Below, in pieces: positions 17,838 through 25,006 of a DNA stretch of 30,793 bases. The first letter of the stretch is position 1. Each line of letters begins with the position of its first letter. Location: NCBI GenBank assembly GCA_024280585.1, contig JAJRPW010000109.1, forward strand, positions 1 through 30,793. The letters run 5' to 3'. The notes under the pieces are model-generated. The model was not told the origin of the DNA, ran no database searches, and saw nothing but the letters and a program-made list of their open reading frames with translations. The position numbers and the translations under genes were made by a program. Source of the DNA: Alphaproteobacteria bacterium. Lineage in GTDB: Bacteria; Pseudomonadota; Alphaproteobacteria; Rickettsiales; UBA6187.

Positions 17838-18470
17838 TTATATTTCACGCTGAGAGCCGTTATTTTTTCCATCAATTTTTTCCTGGAAAAATTTTGTTTT
17901 ATCCTGAAATTCTTTACGGGAATCTGCTTTTTTGGCGTTAGTCTCAAGAATTTCGATTTGATCGAAATAATGCCGAGAGTCACTTTGTAATAGAAATCCT
18001 GATAAAGGCGTGAACAAGCCTGGCAAGAAGGATATATGTGGTTCTGTAGTCTTTATTTGCCGCCCTCGACCTACAATAATGTCTTTATCTTCAATGGTAT
18101 ATTGTAGATCTTTGGTTCCATTAAATGCAGGAAGTGATTCATATTCATCGCCGCCGGAAAGCTGGCTGATATGAACTTCGTTTTGTGCAAAACCTTCTCG
18201 GTTAGCCGGTAAATCGTCGATTATGTATACTAAATCTTCCGCATATAGCAAATCAGTGCTGCTTTTTCTAAGCTGGCTTTGTTTAGCAGGTTTTCTTGGG
18301 GCTTTTGCGCTATGGGTTTCTTTGAGCGGCTCATTAATCGTGAATTTATTAAGGCGGGCATGGGATACAGGTGATAATACGCCAGAAGCGAAGGCGCTTA
18401 TTATAACACCGTTCGTTAATGCATTGTTCTTTAATTGATCAACACGAGTTGTTTTGTCGCCTACAGCCAT
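17838..18470 (-). CDS. Hypothetical protein, co-transcribed with the Tyr-repeat gene
   Basis: 210-aa ORF, 8-bp gap to the downstream gene, own promoter upstream; no family recognised. Confidence 0.65.
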   Translation of the reverse strand: MAVGDKTTRVDQLKNNALTNGVIISAFASGVLSPVSHARLNKFTINEPLKETHSAKAPRKPAKQSQLRKSSTDLLYAEDLVYIIDDLPANREGFAQNEVHISQLSGGDEYESLPAFNGTKDLQYTIEDKDIIVGRGRQIKTTEPHISFLPGLFTPLSGFLLQSDSRHYFDQIEILETNAKKADSRKEFQDKTKFFQEKIDGKNNGSQREI

Positions 18471-18488
18471 GATTTTCTTATTCCTAAA

Positions 18489-18503
18489 TTAATAACATTT
18501 TAA
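18489..18503. promoter_or_regulatory. Consensus CtrA box (TTAA-N7-TTAA)
   Basis: TTAA TAACATT TTAA in the divergent intergenic region; the AT-rich context makes a chance match possible. Confidence 0.4.
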
Positions 18504-18531
18504 TTATATCATAAAAATGTAACAAATGCAA
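18503..18531 (-). promoter_or_regulatory. Sigma70-like promoter of the 18470/17829 operon
   Basis: Minus strand TTGCAT-17 bp-TATAAT. Confidence 0.7.
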
Positions 18532-18579
18532 GTATTTGCTGCTTTTTTGTTACATAGCAAAACGTATCGGAGAAAAAAT

Positions 18580-19218
18580 ATGATTGAACAAATTGAAAAC
18601 AAACAAATGGACATCAGTTTCGCACTGAAAGCACTCGAAGAAGATGGAGTTTTTTCAGGTTATGCATCAGTTTTTGATGTGGTTGACAGCCAACGTGATG
18701 TCATAAAAAAAGGAGCTTTTTCCAACAGTATTCACGATAGAATAGATGGGGTAAAACTTCTTTGGCAACATCAAGTTGACCAGCCAATAGGTTGTTTTAC
18801 AAAGATAATTGAGGACTCGTACGGGCTTTTCGTCGAAGGGAAGTTATTGCTGGATGTCCAACGCGGCAAAGAAGCTTATTCATTGCTAAAATCTGGAGCT
18901 TTAAAGGGATTAAGCATCGGATATGCAGTAGTTGATGCGCATATCGACGATGAAGGCTTGATTCGTATCATCACTGAAGTTGATTTATTCGAAGTTAGTT
19001 TAGTAACATTCCCTGCAAATGAAGGCGCTAATGTCACCAACGTCAAAGGGAAATTGCCAAAAAGCACAAGAGAATTCGAAAAATTCTTGCGTAAGAGTGG
19101 TTTTTCACGTACACATTCTAAATCTATAGTTGCAAAGGGTTTTAAAGAGTCTTTACAGGACGACTTTTTTGAACTGGAAGAGTCAATAGCTAAATTGATC
19201 GAAATTATTAACAGCTAA
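18580..19218 (+). CDS. HK97-family prohead protease (RcGTA g4-like)
   Basis: GGAG RBS before ATG 18580; FSGYASVFDVVD, LLWQH, GLSIGY and LFEVSLVTFPAN. Confidence 0.95.
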   Translation: MIEQIENKQMDISFALKALEEDGVFSGYASVFDVVDSQRDVIKKGAFSNSIHDRIDGVKLLWQHQVDQPIGCFTKIIEDSYGLFVEGKLLLDVQRGKEAYSLLKSGALKGLSIGYAVVDAHIDDEGLIRIITEVDLFEVSLVTFPANEGANVTNVKGKLPKSTREFEKFLRKSGFSRTHSKSIVAKGFKESLQDDFFELEESIAKLIEIINS

Positions 19219-19230
19219 ATTCAGGAAATT

Positions 19231-19707
19231 ATGTCAACCAGAAACAGACTTACGGATATATTGTTAGATTATTGGGAAGAAGTAAGGGGTGATAGGAGAT
19301 ACCCCCCATTCGATGAGTTTGATAAAAAAAAACTCGGTAGCGTCTGGGATAATGTTTTTATAATTTCCGTAACCTATCTAACGGGCGGTACTCATCCGGT
19401 TTTTCATAATGAATATATTGGAAAAAATCTTGACCATGAATGGCTAAAAAATAATTCCGGGAAATATGTTCGAGAGCTTGTAGTTGGCATGCTCGATTCG
19501 GTATATGAAAAATATAACAATATTATCAATGGTTGCGAGCCTTTGTACGAAGAAAATGCTTTTCAAAATAAAGAGGGAAAAGCTTTGAAATACCGACAGG
19601 TTTTATTGCCATTTGGCGACCATGACGCAGGTGAGGTCACTCATATCGTAGGCGGAATGAGATTCATAGCAGATGATGAATTGGAAAAAATCGGCGGCGA
19701 TAAGTAG
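19231..19707 (+). CDS. PAS_5 (DUF1457-like) single-domain protein
   Basis: LLDYWEEVRGDRRYPPFDEFD...VWDNVFII...YRQVLLPFGD...VTHIVGGM. Confidence 0.8.
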   Translation: MSTRNRLTDILLDYWEEVRGDRRYPPFDEFDKKKLGSVWDNVFIISVTYLTGGTHPVFHNEYIGKNLDHEWLKNNSGKYVRELVVGMLDSVYEKYNNIINGCEPLYEENAFQNKEGKALKYRQVLLPFGDHDAGEVTHIVGGMRFIADDELEKIGGDK

Positions 19708-19733
19708 AATACAGAAGAATTATTTAATTTTTT

Positions 19734-19758
19734 ACCCTGCGGGATGCGGGTTTTTCTT
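19734..19758 (+). terminator. Rho-independent terminator-like hairpin 1 upstream of the capsid gene
   Basis: ACCCTGC-GGGAT-GCGGGT followed by TTTTCTT. Confidence 0.5.
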
Positions 19759-19774
19759 ATGGTGGTTATGTTTA

Positions 19775-19803
19775 AAAGTCTGGCGAGATGCCGGGCTTTT
19801 TTT
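19775..19803 (+). terminator. Rho-independent terminator-like hairpin 2 upstream of the capsid gene
   Basis: AAAGTCTGGC-GAGAT-GCCGGGCTTT (G-U pairs) with a run of 7 T. Confidence 0.6.
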
Positions 19804-19811
19804 GTTGTGGG

Positions 19812-19840
19812 GTCATCCCGCGGTCAAGCCGCAGTATGAC
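19812..19840. repeat. Short RPE/REP-like hairpin
   Basis: GTCATCCCGCGG-TCAAG-CCGCAGTATGAC. Confidence 0.55.
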
Positions 19841-19888
19841 GGAAAAAATAATCATCATTTTCATTTTTTAACCTAAAAGGAGCAAGTT

Positions 19889-21085
19889 ATGTCTATAACT
19901 GAAGTCAAAGCTCGTGTGGATCAATTAGGTTCCGCATGGGAGCAATTTAAAAAAGTAAACGATCAACGCCTTAAGGAAGTTGAGAATAAAGGGGCTTCTG
20001 ACCCTTTAACCGATCAACATTTAAACCGTGTTAATGCTAAATTGGATGAGTATAAAGAGCGTGTAAACAAAATGGAAGCAGCTCTTAGCCGCCCTAGTTT
20101 TGGTAGCGTATCTGGTTATAAATTTGAAGATTCAGCAGTAAGCGCACATAAAGAAGCTTTCTGCAACTACCTTAGAAAAGGTGTTGAAGGTGACTTGTGT
20201 AATTTGGAAACTAAAGCACTTTCTGCAGCTTCTGACCCAGATGGCGGATATTTAGTTTCTCCGCAAATCTCTGAAACTATCGTGAAAGCAATTTTTGAAA
20301 CATCACCAATGAGAAAAGTTGCAAACGTGCAAACCATCTCTTCCGATGCTTTGGAAATTCTGCAGGATAATTCAGAGGCGGTCGCTGGTTGGACTACTGA
20401 GTCCGGCGCGGTATCTGATACTGCAACTCCGACTTTGGCCAAGAAAAGTATTCCAGTTCATGAGCTTTATGCACAACCAAAAGCCACACAGAAATTAATT
20501 GATGACTCATCAGTTGATATCGAAGCTTGGCTGGCCGAAAAAATCTCTGATATTTTCTCCAAGAAAGAAAATACAGCGTTTGTTTCAGGCGACGGTGTGG
20601 GCAAACCAAGGGGCATATTGACTTATACTTCAGGCACTAGCTGGGGTGAAATCGAACAAGTTGCTTCTGGTTCTAACGGAGTTGCAACTGCTGATACAAT
20701 CATCGAATTATATTACTCATTGAAAGAAGATTATGCGGTAAATGCAAGCTTCTTGATGAATAGAGGTATGATTGAGGATATTCGTCAGCTAAAAGATACG
20801 ACTAACCAGTATCTATGGAATCCAGGCTTAGCTGTTGGCGCACCGGACACTCTTATGGGCGTTCCTGTGTTGCAAGCGGCTGATATGCCAGTTCCTGCAA
20901 CTGACAGCTTGTCTATCGCTGTTGGTGACTTCAAAGCAGCTTACCAAATCGTGGATAGAACCGGAGTTCGCGTGCTGCGTGACCCATTCACTGACAAACC
21001 GTTTGTTAAGTTCTACTCAACAAAACGAGTAGGCGGTGATGTGGTTAACTTCGAGGCTATCAAGTTGATGAAATTAGGTTCTTAG
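19889..21085 (+). CDS. HK97-fold major capsid protein (RcGTA g5-like)
   Basis: AAGGAG RBS; coiled-coil delta domain; DPDGGYLVSPQ, HELYAQPKATQKLIDD, FVSGDGVGKPRGIL and LRDPFTDKPFVKFYSTKRVGGDV. Confidence 0.97.
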   Translation: MSITEVKARVDQLGSAWEQFKKVNDQRLKEVENKGASDPLTDQHLNRVNAKLDEYKERVNKMEAALSRPSFGSVSGYKFEDSAVSAHKEAFCNYLRKGVEGDLCNLETKALSAASDPDGGYLVSPQISETIVKAIFETSPMRKVANVQTISSDALEILQDNSEAVAGWTTESGAVSDTATPTLAKKSIPVHELYAQPKATQKLIDDSSVDIEAWLAEKISDIFSKKENTAFVSGDGVGKPRGILTYTSGTSWGEIEQVASGSNGVATADTIIELYYSLKEDYAVNASFLMNRGMIEDIRQLKDTTNQYLWNPGLAVGAPDTLMGVPVLQAADMPVPATDSLSIAVGDFKAAYQIVDRTGVRVLRDPFTDKPFVKFYSTKRVGGDVVNFEAIKLMKLGS

Positions 21086-21103
21086 GTTGCCGGTAAAAAG
21101 ATG

Positions 21104-21132
21104 TTGATCAATGGCTTTATATAGTCTATTAT
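21104..21132 (+). promoter_or_regulatory. Sigma70-like promoter for a putative antisense RNA
   Basis: TTGATC-17 bp-TATTAT. Confidence 0.6.
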
Positions 21133-21138
21133 GGTAGG

Positions 21139-21265
21139 TAAGGGACAAAAAGGAGTATTTTCCTAACTGCCCCTCGTGTTTAGTGAAACTAATCTATGAG
21201 TTCGAGAACTCTTCTGACTAATTCCACCAACAGCGCGGCTATCTTTAGTAGCCGCGCTGTTTTAT
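21139..21265 (+). ncRNA. Putative ~125-nt antisense RNA (antitoxin candidate)
   Basis: Lies between the 21104-21132 promoter and the 21229-21265 terminator; complementary to most of the 30-aa ORF. Ends are estimated. Confidence 0.4.
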
Positions 21266-21281
21266 CTTGAAGTGGTTTCAT
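21189..21281 (-). CDS. 30-aa amphipathic peptide, type I toxin candidate
   Basis: AAGGAGGT RBS 5 nt before ATG; MKPLQDKTARLLKIAALLVELVRRVLELID*; upstream TTGATC-16 bp-TAATAT promoter and a structured ~115-nt leader. Below the ORF-track cutoff. Confidence 0.65.
   Translation of the reverse strand: MKPLQDKTARLLKIAALLVELVRRVLELID
21229..21265 (+). terminator. Rho-independent terminator inside the peptide ORF (opposite strand)
   Basis: Perfect 13-bp stem AACAGCGCGGCTA/TAGCCGCGCTGTT, 7-nt loop, ending in TTTT. Confidence 0.7.
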
Positions 21282-21533
21282 AAAAAACCTCCTTAAGAAG
21301 GGTTAATGAAATCCTGTACTTACAAGAACAACGGGCTTAAGTAGCCTTACCTATTCCCGCCATTCCTGGCAGGAGTCTTATGGTTTACCCATAAGACAGG
21401 ACTATATTAGCATTGTTTTATTGTTGATCAACATCTTTACTGTCTGTTGGAGGAAAAATTCTCAATGCACTATTGACTTGGCCGGCTAGTTTAAATAACC
21501 TTGTTCTAACGGAATTAGTTAGAGAGGCTATGA

Positions 21534-21992
21534 ATGAAACCAGTTAATGATAGCGCATTTGCAATGTGGCGGTGTTTAGTCGCATTCGCTTATATTGACG
21601 GAAAATTTACCGATGAAGAAAAAGAATTATTGGAATCTCACTTTGAGAATGTTGCTTTTAATCCAAAGCAACGCAAAATTATTAATAATGATTTTGAAAC
21701 AGGTGAGGTGAAATTCGATGAAATATACCCCCTTGTCACAAATAAACAAGATCGTATGAACCTGATTAATATCGGGCGGGTCTTGTTTTATTCGGACGGA
21801 GAGTTTTCCTGGCAGGAAAGAGATGCCATGGATAAACTACTCAGTGATTATATAGACGGAATGGATAAAGATGCTGTGCTTTATGAGGCAAAAGAACAAT
21901 TGCCCGATGAAGAGTTGTCAAAAATTCATAAAAACTCTGATAATCCAATCAAAGGTATAGTCGATTACATAGATGATTTTTTATCCTCATGA
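21534..21992 (+). CDS. TerB-like (DUF533-type) protein
   Basis: LVAFAYIDGKFTDEEKELL and a second copy LFYSDGEFSWQERDAM, the duplicated TerB-like acidic motif. Confidence 0.75.
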   Translation: MKPVNDSAFAMWRCLVAFAYIDGKFTDEEKELLESHFENVAFNPKQRKIINNDFETGEVKFDEIYPLVTNKQDRMNLINIGRVLFYSDGEFSWQERDAMDKLLSDYIDGMDKDAVLYEAKEQLPDEELSKIHKNSDNPIKGIVDYIDDFLSS

Positions 21993-22057
21993 CTGGTAAG
22001 TTGCCCGTTGATAGAGAGATTTTTTCTCCTTTTAATTTTTATAAAAAGGAGAAAATC

Positions 22058-22462
22058 ATGAATGATTTACATAATAACGTGAAAGCCGAAGTGGCTTTGA
22101 ATACGACTGCTATTTCGACTAATACTACCACTGTCGGTAATATTATTGATATGCAGGGTTACGGCTCGATTGAATTCATAATACAATCAGGCACTTTGAC
22201 CGATGGTACTTATACGCCATTAATCGAAGAAGGTGCTGTTGCTAACTTAAGCGATGCTGCCGCTGTTGCCGATGCCGATTTACTTGGAACTGAAGCTGCT
22301 GCAGTTTTTGCTGCAACCGATGATAATACAGTTAAAAAGCTTGGATATATAGGCAATAGCCGCTATATCAGGATTTCTATCGTATCGGCAAGTACTACTT
22401 CAGGCGGTACTTTATCGGCTGTTTCTGTAAAAGGAAATGCGGGCGATATGCCTGTGGCCTAA
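22058..22462 (+). CDS. Phage/GTA head accessory (decoration-like) protein
   Basis: AAGGAG RBS before ATG 22058; MNDLHNN...TTTVGNIIDMQGYGSIEFII.SGTLTDG; small Ala/Thr/Gly-rich beta protein of a type usually found just after capsid genes. Role inferred. Confidence 0.6.
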   Translation: MNDLHNNVKAEVALNTTAISTNTTTVGNIIDMQGYGSIEFIIQSGTLTDGTYTPLIEEGAVANLSDAAAVADADLLGTEAAAVFAATDDNTVKKLGYIGNSRYIRISIVSASTTSGGTLSAVSVKGNAGDMPVA

Positions 22463-22480
22463 AGGAAATGGTTGGTAAAT

Positions 22481-22507
22481 CCCTTCTCCCTTTGGGAGAA
22501 GGTTAGG
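22481..22507. repeat. BoxC-like palindrome, truncated by the adjoining MITE
   Basis: CCCTTCTCCCTTTGGGAGAAGGTTAGG. Confidence 0.65.
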
Positions 22508-22650
22508 TTCTGTTGTGAATTTTTCCATAGTAGCCTGCAAATGCCGATTTTCTGCGCTTGTTGTTTCTCAAGTACTTTTACGTACGTTGCGATACGGTTC
22601 TCAAAAACCAGCATTTTCGGCTCACTCTGGAAATTTCACAACAAAACCTA
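22504..22650. repeat. RPE-like MITE, ~147 bp
   Basis: TAGGTTCTGTTGTGAATTTTTCCA / TGGAAATTTCACAACAAAACCTA imperfect TIRs; central TACGTACG; the right end supplies the rcdA stop codon. Confidence 0.75.
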
Positions 22651-23079
22651 GGTAATATTCTTTTCTAGGTCGGACATAATCGAGTTTTCCATGCGTTTTA
22701 TACGACTATGAAGCAAAGAGCTTTTTTGCAGAAGCTGGTGAACTGTCTCGTTTAACGTGGCGTAAATTGAATCGTTATGGCTATATTCAGCTTCGAATTC
22801 AGCCATGCGAAATTCATCTCTCCTTATATCTTCGAGTGTTAATTCGCCCTGCTCAACAGCCTTACACATCAAAAGCCAACCCAGAACACTGGTAAGTTGA
22901 GTGGTAACAGTCGACATTGCAAGAGTGTAGGCAATACTGTCCTCGCGGCTTAATTGCAGCTTATCAATGCGACCCTTATTCTCGAAATAATCACGCGAAA
23001 AAATTAGGAGAGTTATTGTTTCCTTGTAACTCTTCTCCAAAAATCTAAACAAATTCTTACATTTATCATCGTGAGTCAT
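22648..23079 (-). CDS. rcdA: RcdA-like (DUF1465) ClpXP adaptor / regulator of CtrA degradation
   Basis: AYTLAMSTVTTQLTSVLGWLLMCKAVEQGEL and LLQKSSLLHSRIKRME align by eye to RcdA YATESMRLTTRLMQVASWLLVQRAVREGEM / LLQRSERLYERVRHLD. Confidence 0.75.
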   Translation of the reverse strand: MTHDDKCKNLFRFLEKSYKETITLLIFSRDYFENKGRIDKLQLSREDSIAYTLAMSTVTTQLTSVLGWLLMCKAVEQGELTLEDIRRDEFRMAEFEAEYSHNDSIYATLNETVHQLLQKSSLLHSRIKRMENSIMSDLEKNIT

Positions 23080-23250
23080 AATGTGCTCCTACCCTTTTAT
23101 TGTAACATAAATTTGGCAAAAAGTCTTGTTTTGCAGGGTTTTTTGAGGATTTAATCAACTAATGATTGGTTTTTTGGATAAGATATTCGATCGAAAATTG
23201 TATTAGGGGCGAATGTTGTATCTGTTGTAAGTAGATATGTATTTATTTTA

Positions 23251-23292
23251 TAACCCCTCACCCTAACCCTCTCCCCAAGCAGGGAGATGGGA
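23251..23292. repeat. BoxC-like palindrome
   Basis: TAACCCCTCACCCTAACCCTCTCCCCAAGCAGGGAGATGGGA. Confidence 0.8.
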
Positions 23293-23331
23293 TCAAACAG
23301 AGATTTATACAAAAAATTAATGAGGTAAAAA

Positions 23332-23733
23332 ATGGTTATTAAAAACCCACAACAGGTAAAAATTATGGAGTTGGCGGATGAAGTTCAGGCGCAATTCGAA
23401 GCAATTGGCAAGGATCTCAAAAATCAGATTATCGAGGATTTTAATAAAATTCTTGTAGGTGATTTGGAGGATATCAGAAAAATTATCCAAAAAATCGTCA
23501 AAGCGCAGCAAAAGAAACTGGCTGGAGATTTGAGGTTTGATTTAAATAGTCAGCTGGATAAAAAATTCGGAGAGAGCGTCCTGGGCGGAATATTAAAGGA
23601 AGTAGTCAATGTCGGAATAGGCGTTAATTCCGGCAAGGATAAGATCAGAACCCCGGATTTCAACCCATCTTTGAGCCAGTCTTTTTCGGATATTGGACGT
23701 TCAATAGCGCGCTCGCAGGTGAGAAATAGCTAG
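23332..23733 (+). CDS. Short helical protein, candidate minimal tape measure protein
   Basis: GAGGT RBS; helical coiled-coil-like body, then GGILK; C-terminus SLSQSFSDIGRSIARSQVRNS resembles the RcGTA-type tape measure C-terminus (SQ.QIAA.L.RA..RG.RN) as recalled. Confidence 0.45.
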   Translation: MVIKNPQQVKIMELADEVQAQFEAIGKDLKNQIIEDFNKILVGDLEDIRKIIQKIVKAQQKKLAGDLRFDLNSQLDKKFGESVLGGILKEVVNVGIGVNSGKDKIRTPDFNPSLSQSFSDIGRSIARSQVRNS

Positions 23734-23742
23734 GAGGGCAAA

Positions 23743-23925
23743 ATGACCTTAGTAAAAATGATCGAAACAAGAAAAGGCAGTGAAGATGGATTCACAGTTA
23801 AACAGTATCAGCGCGGCGAAATTTATGACATCCGAGAAGGGCTGGCGCGCTCGTTTTTCGCGGCCGGATTCGGAATAAAACCTACCAAAAAACAAGAGAA
23901 ATATTTCAACATAAAAAGGAGCTAA
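23743..23925 (+). CDS. Small conserved phage head-region protein
   Basis: GGAGG RBS; KGSEDGFTVKQYQRGEIYDIREGLARSF pattern; 3-bp gap to the connector gene. Confidence 0.6.
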   Translation: MTLVKMIETRKGSEDGFTVKQYQRGEIYDIREGLARSFFAAGFGIKPTKKQEKYFNIKRS

Positions 23926-23928
23926 AAA

Positions 23929-24471
23929 ATGGCTAATACACCAAGTTTAGTACGAACCATCGCGCCCGCAAGCGAACCTTTGACCCTAACGGAGGTCAAG
24001 GATTATTTACGAGTTTCAGACAATAATGACGATACGCTAATTACAAATTTGATAGAAACAGCGCGTGAAGCGGCAGAAAGATTCTTGCGCTCGTCACTAA
24101 TTAATCAAAGCTGGAAAACGTCATATGATGAATACACACCATCCAAAGTCAGATTGGCAATGGGACCCGCACAGTCGATCACTAGCGTTACAGTATTCGC
24201 GCGCGATGAAACACCGACTGTTATCTCGAGCGACACTTATTATCTAAGCGCAGGAAATATCAATCTAATGTTCGATGCGAATGTGGTGAGTCATAGAATC
24301 GAGATAACTTATGTGACAGGATATGGCAGCGCGGCAAGCAACGTTCCAGAACCGATAAGACAGGGAATGTTAGCGCATATCGCGGCTATATATGATGGGC
24401 GCGCAGGCAAAAATGCCGTGCCATCTCAAGCACTTGCGCTCTATTCTCCATATAAAACTTTAACTTTGTAG
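23929..24471 (+). CDS. Head-tail connector/adaptor (HK97 gp6, RcGTA g6-like)
   Basis: PASEPLTLTEVKDYLRV...DDTLITNLIETAREAAERF; YVTGYG...VPEPIRQGMLAHIAAIYDGR. Confidence 0.93.
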   Translation: MANTPSLVRTIAPASEPLTLTEVKDYLRVSDNNDDTLITNLIETAREAAERFLRSSLINQSWKTSYDEYTPSKVRLAMGPAQSITSVTVFARDETPTVISSDTYYLSAGNINLMFDANVVSHRIEITYVTGYGSAASNVPEPIRQGMLAHIAAIYDGRAGKNAVPSQALALYSPYKTLTL

Positions 24472-24590
24472 TATTTCCTATTTAATCTGGAACTTCGTCA
24501 TTCATCGGATTCAAAAAATTCACGTACTAAGTGTACGCTATAATTTTTTTTACCTCGAACTCCTAGTTCCAAAATAAATATAAAATACTA
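24469..24590. repeat. 122-bp MITE-like element, same family as the 10068 array
   Basis: TAGTATTT...GGAACT / AGTTCC...AAATACTA imperfect TIRs; central AAAATTCACGTACTAAGTGTACG; starts on the connector stop codon. Confidence 0.75.
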
Positions 24591-24622
24591 GTGCAACGTT
24601 AAAATAGCAACAAGGAGGCAGC

Positions 24623-24967
24623 ATGAAACAAGATTTAATAGGGCGGTTCCGCCATAAAATTACTTTCCAGTCAGAATCAGAATCAGCAGATTCCGGCGGT
24701 GGATATACGTTGTCCTGGACAAATGTAAGCACCGTCTGGGCAGAAGTAAAACCACTTGCAAGCTCAAGAACCAGCGCGGAAAGATTGCAAGCAGGGCAGC
24801 TGGAAGACAAGGTTATATATAAGGTCACAACACGCTATTTAAGCGGTATCACACCCAAAATGCGGATTTTATTCGGCACCAGAGTTTTCAATATCCGAAG
24901 CGTTATTAATTTAGGCGAAAAAGATGAATTACTGGAAATTATAGCCGATGAAGGAAGTGCTGTGTAG
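24623..24967 (+). CDS. Head closure / head-tail joining protein (SPP1 gp16, RcGTA g7-like)
   Basis: IGRFRHKITFQ...DSGGGYTLSWTNVSTVWAEV...ITPKMRILFGTRVFNIRSV. Confidence 0.93.
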   Translation: MKQDLIGRFRHKITFQSESESADSGGGYTLSWTNVSTVWAEVKPLASSRTSAERLQAGQLEDKVIYKVTTRYLSGITPKMRILFGTRVFNIRSVINLGEKDELLEIIADEGSAV

Positions 24968-25006
24968 TTCAGAGTACTGACCACTGATAAAAAAAGGAGA
25001 AAAATT

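Larger units (their letters stand above)
21097..21438. other. 342-bp cassette bounded by 15-bp inverted repeats, with type I toxin-antitoxin-like layout
   Basis: AAAGATGTTGATCAA (21097-21111) and TTGATCAACATCTTT (21424-21438); each repeat supplies the -35 of an inward-facing promoter. Confidence 0.65.

Noticed and set aside
19673-19876. 67-aa ORF upstream of the capsid gene
   Set aside because: It overlaps the PAS gene end and runs through terminator and repeat hairpins; no RBS; composition is not protein-like.
21293-21306. CtrA box in the TA-like cassette
   Set aside because: The spacing is TTAA-N6-TTAA, not N7.
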